From a virus (Duplodnaviria; Caudoviricetes), in IMG/VR virus record IMGVR_UViG_3300038675_000170, positions 1 to 24,736 of that record: DNA of 24,736 nt. One strand, 5' to 3'. Position 1 is the stretch's first letter. Each line of letters begins with the position of its first letter. Position numbers and translations under genes: made by a program. The notes under the pieces are model-generated. The model made no database searches, was not told where the DNA came from, and saw nothing but the letters and a program-made list of their open reading frames with translations. Shown here piece by piece: positions 7,936 to 15,283 of this stretch.

Positions 7936-9149
7936 TAAACTTTTTTGCATTTAATCTGGGACGATTTCTTGCCCGTAAAATCCTCCCATCGGTCTATGAT
8001 CACCTGGCAGTAAACGGGGTCAAGCTCCATCATCCGGCACTTGCGGTTCAATTTTTCACAGGCAATTAATGTCGAACCGGAACCTCCAAACAAATCGAGG
8101 ACTATATCATCGGGAGCCGAACTATTCTTAATCCCTTTCTCGCATAACTCGATTGGCTTCATAGTCGGATGAAGCTTGGAGTTCAGCGGACGGTCTATTT
8201 CCCACACCTCGGTTTGTTTGCGGTCGCCCTGGAAGCTGCTTTTTTCAAACCATCCATAAAAACACGGCTCGTACATCCTTTGATAGTTCGCAGGAGTAAG
8301 CACCAGTTGCTGTTTTTTCCATATAATCGTGGCAGACCAATGACATCCCATTTCTACGAGTTGAAGCCGGGAGGACATTCCATCCGGCTCAGGTCCACCC
8401 CAGAGATATATATCCCCTTTATTGTACTTTTTAAATATCTCGAATATACTCGCACAGAATATTTTCCATTCCTCTGGGGACTGTTTGTCGTTCTTTATCT
8501 GCCGGATTTTGTGACGGGGGTTTTTGTTTGCTCCGTAGTCGACGTTGTACGGCGGGTCGGTGAACACCATATTGGACTGCTCCCCTTGCAAAAGCTTCTC
8601 GACATCCTGATATCTCGTGGCATCGCCGCACAGAAGTCTGTGTTCTCCAAGCTTGAACATATCCCCAATTTTTATATTTGTCTTTCTGGGGGCCGGGATG
8701 TCGTCGTCTTTTTCCGACGAAAGCGCCGTGTTGCTTGTTAGTGTGTATAGAAGAGGTGCTTCTTTAATATCCACAGAATAAGTCTTAAGGTCTATGCTTG
8801 ATAGTCCCTTTACTAATTCCAAAAGCGAGTCTTCTACATACACCCCGGCGCGGTCGTTATCGGACAGCGCCACTTTTATCATTTCCTCTTCGTTCTTAAA
8901 TGCTATGGGGATCACCCAGACCTTCGGGGTGCCAAGCTCGCGCAAAGCCTTCAGGCGCATATTGCCACCGGCTACCGATCCTATGGGGGCCACCTTGGGG
9001 TTTGTATTAATTAACATGGGCTTGTATTGGCCAAGGTCCGTGATCTGTTTTTTGAGGTTCTCTATGCCCGCCTTGGTAGGCTTCCGGGGGTTCTTGTCCC
9101 ACTCTTTCAGTTCTTCTATCGGCCACATTTCCGTCGTCAGGTCTTTCAT
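7932..9149 (-). CDS. ParB-like N-terminal domain fused to beta-class N6A/N4C DNA methyltransferase
   Basis: ParB motifs NPRK, GGNMRLKAL, DN; LLCGDAT, catalytic FTDPPYN, HPTMKP, SAM-binding LDLFGGSGST. Confidence 0.92.
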   Translation of the reverse strand: MKDLTTEMWPIEELKEWDKNPRKPTKAGIENLKKQITDLGQYKPMLINTNPKVAPIGSVAGGNMRLKALRELGTPKVWVIPIAFKNEEEMIKVALSDNDRAGVYVEDSLLELVKGLSSIDLKTYSVDIKEAPLLYTLTSNTALSSEKDDDIPAPRKTNIKIGDMFKLGEHRLLCGDATRYQDVEKLLQGEQSNMVFTDPPYNVDYGANKNPRHKIRQIKNDKQSPEEWKIFCASIFEIFKKYNKGDIYLWGGPEPDGMSSRLQLVEMGCHWSATIIWKKQQLVLTPANYQRMYEPCFYGWFEKSSFQGDRKQTEVWEIDRPLNSKLHPTMKPIELCEKGIKNSSAPDDIVLDLFGGSGSTLIACEKLNRKCRMMELDPVYCQVIIDRWEDFTGKKSSQIKCKKVY

Positions 9150-9232
9150 GGTCTTTGTCCTCCGTTCTGTTTTTTACATCAATAACCAGGACAACACCAA
9201 AATATAGTCGCCTTTATGCATTTATTTTTGCC

Positions 9233-9760
9233 TCACTTTATCTCCCCCAGTATCTGCCCGATCATGTTTTTGACTTCGTCCGGTCCGGGTATCCGGTCCG
9301 GGTCCGGTTGAGCATTTTGAGAAAAATCCCTGTCTTTTGAATTGTCTTTTGAAAGAGTGTCTTTTGAGTGTGCTCTTTTAGCCACTGGCAAAGTGTCGGA
9401 AAAGCCACTACCTGTGACCATTTTAGCCACTACCTCTGGTGCCTTTTTAGCCAGTGGTCTTTTAGCCACTACCCACTCTTTAGTGTTTTTGTTTAAGCTA
9501 TAGCAAAAATTGGTCTTTAGTAGTGCTCTTTTAGCCACTAACCCTTTTAGTACCCGGCAGAGACGGCGGTGTTCTATTCCCGTTGCGCTCTCGAACTGTG
9601 ACAGGGGTATTCGGTCTATTTTTTTATTCCAGCCGTATGTTTTTCTTATCACCACAAACAAAACCCTCCACTCGGAGCCGGAAAGCGGGATCTCCGCAAA
9701 GTCCTCAAGAAGTGTATTTGCTATGCGTATATATCCGTCTTCAATCTGCGGGCCTCTCAT
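9233..9760 (-). CDS. lambda O-like replication initiator
   Basis: IEDGYIRIANTLLE...VVIRKTYGWNKKIDRIPLSQF matches the Phage_rep_O N-terminal domain; internal iteron cluster. Confidence 0.88.
   Translation of the reverse strand: MRGPQIEDGYIRIANTLLEDFAEIPLSGSEWRVLFVVIRKTYGWNKKIDRIPLSQFESATGIEHRRLCRVLKGLVAKRALLKTNFCYSLNKNTKEWVVAKRPLAKKAPEVVAKMVTGSGFSDTLPVAKRAHSKDTLSKDNSKDRDFSQNAQPDPDRIPGPDEVKNMIGQILGEIK
9370..9540. repeat. Iteron cluster TTTTAGCCAST, likely replication origin
   Basis: Copies at 9376, 9421, 9445 (variant), 9460 and 9529, partial at 9403; 17-mer GTGCTCTTTTAGCCACT at 9370 and 9523. Confidence 0.85.
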
Positions 9761-9926
9761 TCCCTTGCTCCTTACTTAATACTTGATCCTTAATGTCGTT
9801 ACTGAAAAACCAGAAGTGCTTCATGACCTGATCCTTGATGATTTGAGGCGTGTTGATTTCGTCAAGCGAGTTGAGAAGTTTTGCCAGGTGTCGGTTTGTG
9901 AGTTGCTTTAGTTTCGCTTCTTGCAT
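9741..9926 (-). CDS. Hypothetical protein, 61 aa, first gene of the replication operon
   Basis: TAAGGA RBS directly after a consensus promoter. Confidence 0.75.
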   Translation of the reverse strand: MQEAKLKQLTNRHLAKLLNSLDEINTPQIIKDQVMKHFWFFSNDIKDQVLSKEQGNERPAD

Positions 9927-9951
9927 TTACTTTTTCCTTACCACAATCGCT

Positions 9952-9980
9952 ATCATACGCCCGCGTCAGATTTCTGTCAA
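9952..9980 (-). promoter_or_regulatory. sigma70/sigmaA promoter for the replication operon
   Basis: TTGACA (9980-9975), 17 nt, TATGAT (9957-9952). Confidence 0.88.
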
Positions 9981-10031
9981 GCCCTTTTCCGTACCTTTAG
10001 CGAGAATTTAAAAGTAACGTTTTTTTAGGAG

Positions 10032-10070
10032 CAAAATCAAAGCGCCGGAGTTCATAACGCTCCGGCGCTT
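10032..10070 (-). terminator. Intrinsic terminator closing the late operon
   Basis: 11-bp stem AAGCGCCGGAG/CTCCGGCGCTT, 9-nt loop, followed by TGATTTT on the minus strand. Confidence 0.8.
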
Positions 10071-10160
10071 GACCGGGTCCGGGGCCTGCGGTTTCGGATA
10101 GGGGGGTAATCCATATGCCAACCACCTGAAGCCCCGGACGCGGCGCCCCCCCTATCCTTG
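10071..10160 (-). ncRNA. Candidate structured antisense RNA (3'UTR-derived)
   Basis: Interleaved stems 10147-10157/10096-10106 (11 bp) and 10131-10139/10077-10085 (9 bp, extendable); loop antisense to 6640-6662. Confidence 0.6.
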
Positions 10161-10163
10161 TTT

Positions 10164-10508
10164 TTATGTTCCGAGCTTTTTCTTCACAAGCTCTTTCATC
10201 GAGTTGAATATTGTCTGGACAATCCACCTTCTCACTCCGAGCGGTATCCAACCCGTCCATTTAGTGTTTCCCATCCAATCAGCGGCGGCATTCAACGCTT
10301 CTTCCGGGGTCATGGATATTTTTACCTTCATCTCATTGACCGCGGCAATAGCGTCCCGCGCCTTAGACTCCAATCCAAAGACCGCCACGAGCAAGGCCAG
10401 TATCACGGAAATCGGCCCGCTGTTGTTTCCTATGAACGCCCACACAGCAAGCGCCCATCCCCAAGCTCCACTCGCTATCGACTGTAGAATTTCTATCACT
10501 CCACCCAC
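10164..10508 (-). CDS. Holin-like membrane protein (start possibly GTG 10499)
   Basis: One or two N-terminal hydrophobic segments, basic C-terminus KKKLGT; last gene of the late operon; function inferred. Confidence 0.55.
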   Translation of the reverse strand: MGGVIEILQSIASGAWGWALAVWAFIGNNSGPISVILALLVAVFGLESKARDAIAAVNEMKVKISMTPEEALNAAADWMGNTKWTGWIPLGVRRWIVQTIFNSMKELVKKKLGT

Positions 10509-10517
10509 CCCCTTTCT

Positions 10518-11198
10518 TTAAGGTAGTTGATCGTCGCCTGTGTACAATAGCCCCCCAAAGTCCGGGGGGGTGAAAGTATATGACAACCCGACCGTCTGAG
10601 GTGCGCCCGATCCTGTGTCCGTCACGGTTACCGTGGCACCAGAAAAGGCACTATTTATTGCTGTTTTTAACGAGTCGATAAGCGTCTTTATGTCCGTTGT
10701 GGCGTTTTTTATGGCCGCCTTGCCGCTCTTTATGCTTATCTGCGTGTCACCGTCATATAGGCTCGTAGCCTCGTAATCGGGGCCTGTGGCGGGGTTTGTG
10801 AGGGGCCTGAAGCCCACAATGGCAAAGCCATCCGCTATGCTATGTATACGCCGGCTGTTGGGCTTCTGTGCGCTTCCTGTGGCATACCAGTTGTCGATGT
10901 TCCTGTCCGAGAATATTAAAAGGCACGGGTCCCCTTTGACGATAGGCAGGTTCACCCCGGCCGTGCCGCCGGTCAGCCTGAACACGGGAACATCCGTCAG
11001 CAGCGGATAATCGGTCGTAGCCCCCGTAATATCGTTTATGGCGCGCTTTACGCCCACGGACACCTCTGCCGTGCTTTTGGCCGGGTCGTAGGACTCTATG
11101 CGCCCTGGGAGCGCACAGAACGTGTTGCTGAGCGCCTTTGATATGAAGTCTTCTATTATATCCGACAGCTTAGGTTTCTCCGGCAGATTGTTCTTCAT
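10518..11198 (-). CDS. Baseplate central spike, Gp138-like N-terminal OB domain
   Basis: ALPGRIESYD, LTDVPVF, PIVKGDPCLLIFSDRNIDNW, RRIHSIADGFAIVG motifs; follows the hub gene. Confidence 0.9.
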   Translation of the reverse strand: MKNNLPEKPKLSDIIEDFISKALSNTFCALPGRIESYDPAKSTAEVSVGVKRAINDITGATTDYPLLTDVPVFRLTGGTAGVNLPIVKGDPCLLIFSDRNIDNWYATGSAQKPNSRRIHSIADGFAIVGFRPLTNPATGPDYEATSLYDGDTQISIKSGKAAIKNATTDIKTLIDSLKTAINSAFSGATVTVTDTGSGAPQTVGLSYTFTPPDFGGLLYTGDDQLP

Positions 11199-12136
11199 TG
11201 CCCTATTCCTACCTTTGCGTGTATTCTAAGCGATGGTGTCGTGGTGGTTTGCGTGTCGTGAGAACCCGATATCATCCCTTGATGCCTTACGCCCACAATC
11301 TGGTATACTCCGTTATAATCGCTGTATCTCATAGTTTCCTGGGCGCGGATCGTGACCATCTGCCCGACCTGTAATTGAGGCGTGAACATAAGAGGCACGA
11401 TTAACGCCTGGTTTGTTTTCACCGGGACGTTCAAAAGCCCGGAGCTCGAGTCGATCGTCGGCATGATCGCCCCCGCCGTTGTTTCGTCCTTGCCAAGCAC
11501 AAGCGGGACTCCGTTGTCGATCGTGAATATCCCGTCGCCTTTGATCTCGTCTATTATCTTCATGGTGTCGCCGTGAAGCGCGGCATCCCTGTTCGGGCTG
11601 TATATTTTGCTTTCAAAGCTCGTCCCGACGATCGCGTTCTTATATCCCATGTCCAGCAGTAGTCCTTTTATGATATCCGCTTCTGTAGACCCCTTGCGGA
11701 AGTTCTTGCTTGATATCGAATTATACGTCCACACGCCGGGGTCCATGCATTCCAGCTCAGTGATCATGTCCGGTCCTTTGCGCGTGCTGTTGCCGTAGAA
11801 CAAGTACCCGCTGAATATTAACGACAGCGCCTGGTTCTCGCCTTCGTAGCCACCGTACAGCTCGACGTGCCGGACTTCGTTTAAAGGACTCCGCGGTGAT
11901 AAGGGGTCGGGATATAAGAACCTGGCGTGAAACAGTTTTGATCTCGTTGCCTGCGAGAGGTTGTAAATCTTTATTGCCGTTGTGTTGGCCGAGGCGTATG
12001 CCGTTCGGTCGACCGTGAATTCAATTGTCATGGGAAGCTGTATCACAACCCACTCGCCCCCTTTAGGGTTTTCTAACGTACCACCGTTAGGGTAGGGCAT
12101 TTGAACTCGCAGCTGATATATTTTCTGGAATTTCAT
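11195..12136 (-). CDS. Baseplate hub protein
   Basis: Start moved to ATG 12136 (ATGA overlap); IKIYNLS..TR, ELYGGY, IFSG, ITELECMD, SSGLLNVP, GVYQIVGVRHQG motifs and synteny. Confidence 0.85.
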   Translation of the reverse strand: MKFQKIYQLRVQMPYPNGGTLENPKGGEWVVIQLPMTIEFTVDRTAYASANTTAIKIYNLSQATRSKLFHARFLYPDPLSPRSPLNEVRHVELYGGYEGENQALSLIFSGYLFYGNSTRKGPDMITELECMDPGVWTYNSISSKNFRKGSTEADIIKGLLLDMGYKNAIVGTSFESKIYSPNRDAALHGDTMKIIDEIKGDGIFTIDNGVPLVLGKDETTAGAIMPTIDSSSGLLNVPVKTNQALIVPLMFTPQLQVGQMVTIRAQETMRYSDYNGVYQIVGVRHQGMISGSHDTQTTTTPSLRIHAKVGIGQ

Positions 12137-12489
12137 GCTGTGCTTTTCGCTTCGCCGAGCAAGCTTGTGTACCGGGCTACTTCGGCCTGCGTCAGCAGTA
12201 AAAGCCCGCACCGGCCGCTTAGAAAGTCGTCCGCGAGGTATGGCTCCGATCCGTCGAGCACGTAGCACGCCAATCCGAACGGCAGAATGTTCTTCCACTG
12301 ATGAAGCATGTTCGGGCTGGCAAACACTCTACGACCTTTGATAGCCGTAGTTTGATATTCGAGGTCCAAGAACCAGCTCTTGTTGATAGACGAATATCTT
12401 AATTCAAGCGTTGCGGTGTTGACCCCATCGGGAAGAATAAGCGTCAGCCTCTGTTTTGGATCGCCCGTGATGTTTGGTAATTGGTACAT
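12133..12489 (-). CDS. Baseplate plug-type small protein, 118 aa
   Basis: Q.LTLIL...LELRY.....WFLDL pattern; lies between tube initiator and hub. Confidence 0.75.
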   Translation of the reverse strand: MYQLPNITGDPKQRLTLILPDGVNTATLELRYSSINKSWFLDLEYQTTAIKGRRVFASPNMLHQWKNILPFGLACYVLDGSEPYLADDFLSGRCGLLLLTQAEVARYTSLLGEAKSTA

Positions 12490-13289
12490 TATTGAACTCC
12501 CATAAATGATAGAACCGCCGTTTGAATGCCTTTTGTCGCATTATTCCACGGAGGCGATAGGGGATCAATCTCATCGCCTTTTATCTGCTTTGATACCAAT
12601 GGAGCAAACATTTCCTTCGCCCTGCCTGCCAAATCAGATGTTTGTATTTGTAAAGTAGCGAACCTGAGCTGTTTCAGCGTGACTATCACGTCACTGTACA
12701 TTTCCGATTTATTGTCTTGCTCGAATATAACGTTTTGGATTGCCATGTTGTCAAAGTATTCCCAGGGAGTTTCTACCGTCACCACCTGCTTTGATTGCCA
12801 CATAGCTTTTAATGCGGCAAAGGCATTCTGCTGCGCCGTCCCCAAGGGCGAGCGCGTAATGAGCGACACGAGGTTTTGCGCCCGGTCTACGGCTTGATTT
12901 ATTTCCTGCAATGCGCTCCCGGCCTGGCTTACGGCATTGCTAAGCGCCAATAGCCCTCCCGTTGAGTATTGCGGAAGATAAGTTGATAAATCCGTCAGCT
13001 TGTTTTGAAGCGCTGCGGACGCCGGGACGGGCGAGGTTATCGTTTGGCTTACCTCTCCTATGAACCCCCGCAACGTTATTGTTGGGGCTTTAAGCGCTAT
13101 ATGATCTTGAGATACCGAGTTGTCCTCCATGACATAATCCGTTATCTCGGCCCTCAGCTCGGCCCGTTCATCATCCCGGAGGTCAAATACAAACCCGCCG
13201 ATACCTTTAGCTGTTATAGGTTTTATGATGTACGAATTAGCCTGCGCTTTTAGCCATGCGCCATAGTCCGTTATCTGTCCTGTTGTCAT
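12489..13289 (-). CDS. Dit-like tail tube initiator/baseplate protein
   Basis: ITDYVMEDNSVSQDHIALKAPTITLRG, VTVETPWEYFDNMAI, VTLKQLRFA; follows tape measure. Confidence 0.82.
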   Translation of the reverse strand: MTTGQITDYGAWLKAQANSYIIKPITAKGIGGFVFDLRDDERAELRAEITDYVMEDNSVSQDHIALKAPTITLRGFIGEVSQTITSPVPASAALQNKLTDLSTYLPQYSTGGLLALSNAVSQAGSALQEINQAVDRAQNLVSLITRSPLGTAQQNAFAALKAMWQSKQVVTVETPWEYFDNMAIQNVIFEQDNKSEMYSDVIVTLKQLRFATLQIQTSDLAGRAKEMFAPLVSKQIKGDEIDPLSPPWNNATKGIQTAVLSFMGVQ

Positions 13290-14608
13290 GCCATTGCTCC
13301 CTGCGTTTGCATTGATGCACTGTCTATCATTCTTGATATCTCCTCGGTGATCATCTTTGACAGCTCCATATTATCGCTGCTGTTGGAGTTCAGGGATATA
13401 TTGAAATTGTTGGTTGATGACCGGGGCTGCCCCACAGGAGGCTTTTGTCTTTCTGGAATTATATCTGGATAGTAATCAGGAAAAAGCATCTTCATAGTTT
13501 TCTGATGAGATTGCCCTGTAATTACGCCCCATAGGTCTTCCATGCTTCCCATGAACCCAAGCCCGTGCTTTTCCATTATCTCGTCCATCCCACGAAAGCT
13601 TTTGTTTGATGTATCCATAAGAGCCGAAAGCATTCTTCCTGTGATGGTCTTGGTCATTATTCCCTTAGTCTTTTCTGCAAAGCTCCCCGGCCCCTGCATT
13701 ATCGACATAGCATTTATGGCATCCAAGAAGAATAACCATGGAGCCTTGAATGCAATCAATCCCGCCACCAAGAAATCGAGTGCATTAGCCCATCCCATGG
13801 TTTGCGTTATTACATGATCCAGCCCTTCCCATGTGGCCTTCCCTATGCTCCCTATCTCTCCAAGGTAGCTTCCGATCATCTTTGCGTATTTTTGAATTTC
13901 TGGGCGGTTTGACTTTATCCACGCGTCTATTTTTTTCACAATATCTTCGAGTTGTGGAGTAACTTCTTTAAAGGCATCGGCAAATACCATGGTTATTGTT
14001 CGTCCCAGGGCTTTCAGCTCCACGTTGAACTTCACCATTTGCCGTATCTGCTCGTCGCTTATTATCGCCTCTCGGTTTGCCATACGGTCAAACTCGTCAT
14101 TTGACAATCTAAGCACTGGGATGAGGTCGCCCATGATACCCATGGATTGCGCGAGGTTTGAGAACATCTGAGGCGATATCTCGCCGCTTTTAGACAGCCG
14201 GCGCATTTCGTCAAGGACCTGCCATACGTCCTTTGTCATTACGTCTATGCCAAGCCTGGCGAACGGACCTATTCCCGCTCCTGTCATTCTTATCTCTGCC
14301 AGGCGTGCGCTCAGGCTCGCAATAGACGACGCCACGCCTTCCGCGGACGCCCCCAATCCTTCCCCGGCGTGTTGCCACTCCTGGAGCTTGTACGTTGATA
14401 ATCCCGTCTGTGCGTTGAATTGTGCAAGTGCTATCGAGGTCCCGAGTATCTTATTAAACATCGTCCCCACGCCGATCGACGTGCCTACCGCTGCGGCGGC
14501 GATCCCCAGGAACGACCTTTTGCCGTCTTCGAGTATGCGGAAGAAGTCCTTAGCCTTTTTCTCGTCGGCTTTAATTCCGAGATATACGAAAAGTTCTGAG
14601 ATTTTCAT
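13286..14608 (-). CDS. Tail tape measure protein, 440 aa
   Basis: ISELFVYLGIKAD start, helical Ala/Gly-rich body, hydrophobic segments; downstream of the chaperone genes. Confidence 0.88.
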   Translation of the reverse strand: MKISELFVYLGIKADEKKAKDFFRILEDGKRSFLGIAAAAVGTSIGVGTMFNKILGTSIALAQFNAQTGLSTYKLQEWQHAGEGLGASAEGVASSIASLSARLAEIRMTGAGIGPFARLGIDVMTKDVWQVLDEMRRLSKSGEISPQMFSNLAQSMGIMGDLIPVLRLSNDEFDRMANREAIISDEQIRQMVKFNVELKALGRTITMVFADAFKEVTPQLEDIVKKIDAWIKSNRPEIQKYAKMIGSYLGEIGSIGKATWEGLDHVITQTMGWANALDFLVAGLIAFKAPWLFFLDAINAMSIMQGPGSFAEKTKGIMTKTITGRMLSALMDTSNKSFRGMDEIMEKHGLGFMGSMEDLWGVITGQSHQKTMKMLFPDYYPDIIPERQKPPVGQPRSSTNNFNISLNSNSSDNMELSKMITEEISRMIDSASMQTQGAMA

Positions 14609-14616
14609 TTGGCTTG

Positions 14617-14645
14617 ATTATAACACCTTCCCATGTCTTTTTTAA
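14617..14645 (-). promoter_or_regulatory. Extended -10 promoter directly before the tape measure gene
   Basis: TTAAAA, 17 nt, TGtTATAAT; the -10 ends 8 nt before ATG 14608 and there is no SD in between. Confidence 0.55.
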
Positions 14646-14893
14646 TCCCTTTTTTTGAGGTTAAGGTATTGGTAGGCGCGTTGATATTCATTGTAGAATT
14701 TGTCGTATAATATCATGTGGATTACGATATCTACCCTCATATTTAAGATCTCCTCTGGGCTTCCATACCCTGCTTGAGCCAGCCTTACCGCACAGAGGAT
14801 CTTGTCGTCCGCTTTGATATCTACTGTGGGGAAGCGTTCGTCCCCGGTAGCGGGGCGTTCTTTAACAACGAAGGAAGGTGGCTCAAAAAAGGG
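14642..14893 (-). CDS. -1 frameshift extension of tail assembly chaperone (gpGT-like)
   Basis: Open -1 frame from the slippery site to 14642 (...AVRLAQAGYGSPEEILNM...), in the classical position before tape measure. Confidence 0.75.
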   Translation of the reverse strand, partial: PFFEPPSFVVKERPATGDERFPTVDIKADDKILCAVRLAQAGYGSPEEILNMRVDIVIHMILYDKFYNEYQRAYQYLNLKKRD

Positions 14894-15264
14894 CGGATGT
14901 TGGCACTTCCGACCTCCCATGCCACGGGGATGAAATCTCCCCGGCGTGTTTCTTTTTCGAACGTTTCTCTCGTGATCCGTTCCTTGACCCCGTCATCGTA
15001 CGTGCATCTCTGGAAGCACTGGAACAGTAAGTCCTCGACTTCTTTTGAGGCAAGAATGTCTATGAATGCATCGGCCAACCCTCCGAAGTTTTTGATGTCC
15101 ATATCCTGGAAAGACCCCATATCAAATTTGTCCGGGAGCTTAGAAGCCACCCCACCTTCCCTGGCTGCTTTTAGAACAGCCCTGAATAGCTCGAACGCTA
15201 TTCCGTAGCTTGATAATGTAATTTCAACCTTTGCGCCGGACGGCGCTGTGTACTGAATGGCCAT
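14821..15264 (-). CDS. Tail assembly chaperone (gpG-like), 147 aa
   Basis: Start moved to ATG 15264 (AGGGGGG RBS); lies before tape measure and carries a slippery heptamer. Confidence 0.8.
   Translation of the reverse strand: MAIQYTAPSGAKVEITLSSYGIAFELFRAVLKAAREGGVASKLPDKFDMGSFQDMDIKNFGGLADAFIDILASKEVEDLLFQCFQRCTYDDGVKERITRETFEKETRRGDFIPVAWEVGSANIRPFLSHLPSLLKNAPLPGTNASPQ
14887..14893 (-). promoter_or_regulatory. Programmed -1 frameshift heptamer C CCT TTT
   Basis: CGC CCT TTT TTG in frame 0 gives X XXY YYZ; -1 frame reads CCC TTT TTT GAG and stays open. Confidence 0.8.
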
Positions 15265-15283
15265 TTTGTACCCCCCTTTGAAT

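Noticed and set aside
7932-9149. Restriction-modification system
   Set aside because: No cognate endonuclease is adjacent; orphan ParB-methyltransferases are common in phages.
9278-9308. TCCGG(T/G) micro-repeats at the end of the initiator gene
   Set aside because: Explained by PD/PG codons in a low-complexity linker and unrelated to the iteron sequence.
442-9540. CRISPR array interpretation of the 23-bp repeats or the iterons
   Set aside because: Only two copies 275 bp apart, or short irregularly spaced copies inside a CDS; no cas genes.
6640-10119. Invertible DNA segment bounded by the 23-bp inverted repeat
   Set aside because: No invertase in the window, all enclosed genes are co-oriented with the flanks, and the mismatches are biased to G-U-compatible changes. 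Disfavoured but not formally excluded.
10071-10160. Known ribozyme, riboswitch or tRNA/tmRNA identity for the structured element
   Set aside because: Hammerhead cores are split across strands (GAAAC on minus, CUGAAG on plus); stem and loop lengths do not fit HDV-like folds; no cloverleaf; SRP- or ZTP-like words are only partial. An Rfam search is still needed.
9997-10260. 87-aa minus-strand ORF across the structured RNA and terminator
   Set aside because: Overlaps the holin-like gene out of frame and runs through the terminator; Pro/Gly-rich sequence reflects the GC stems.
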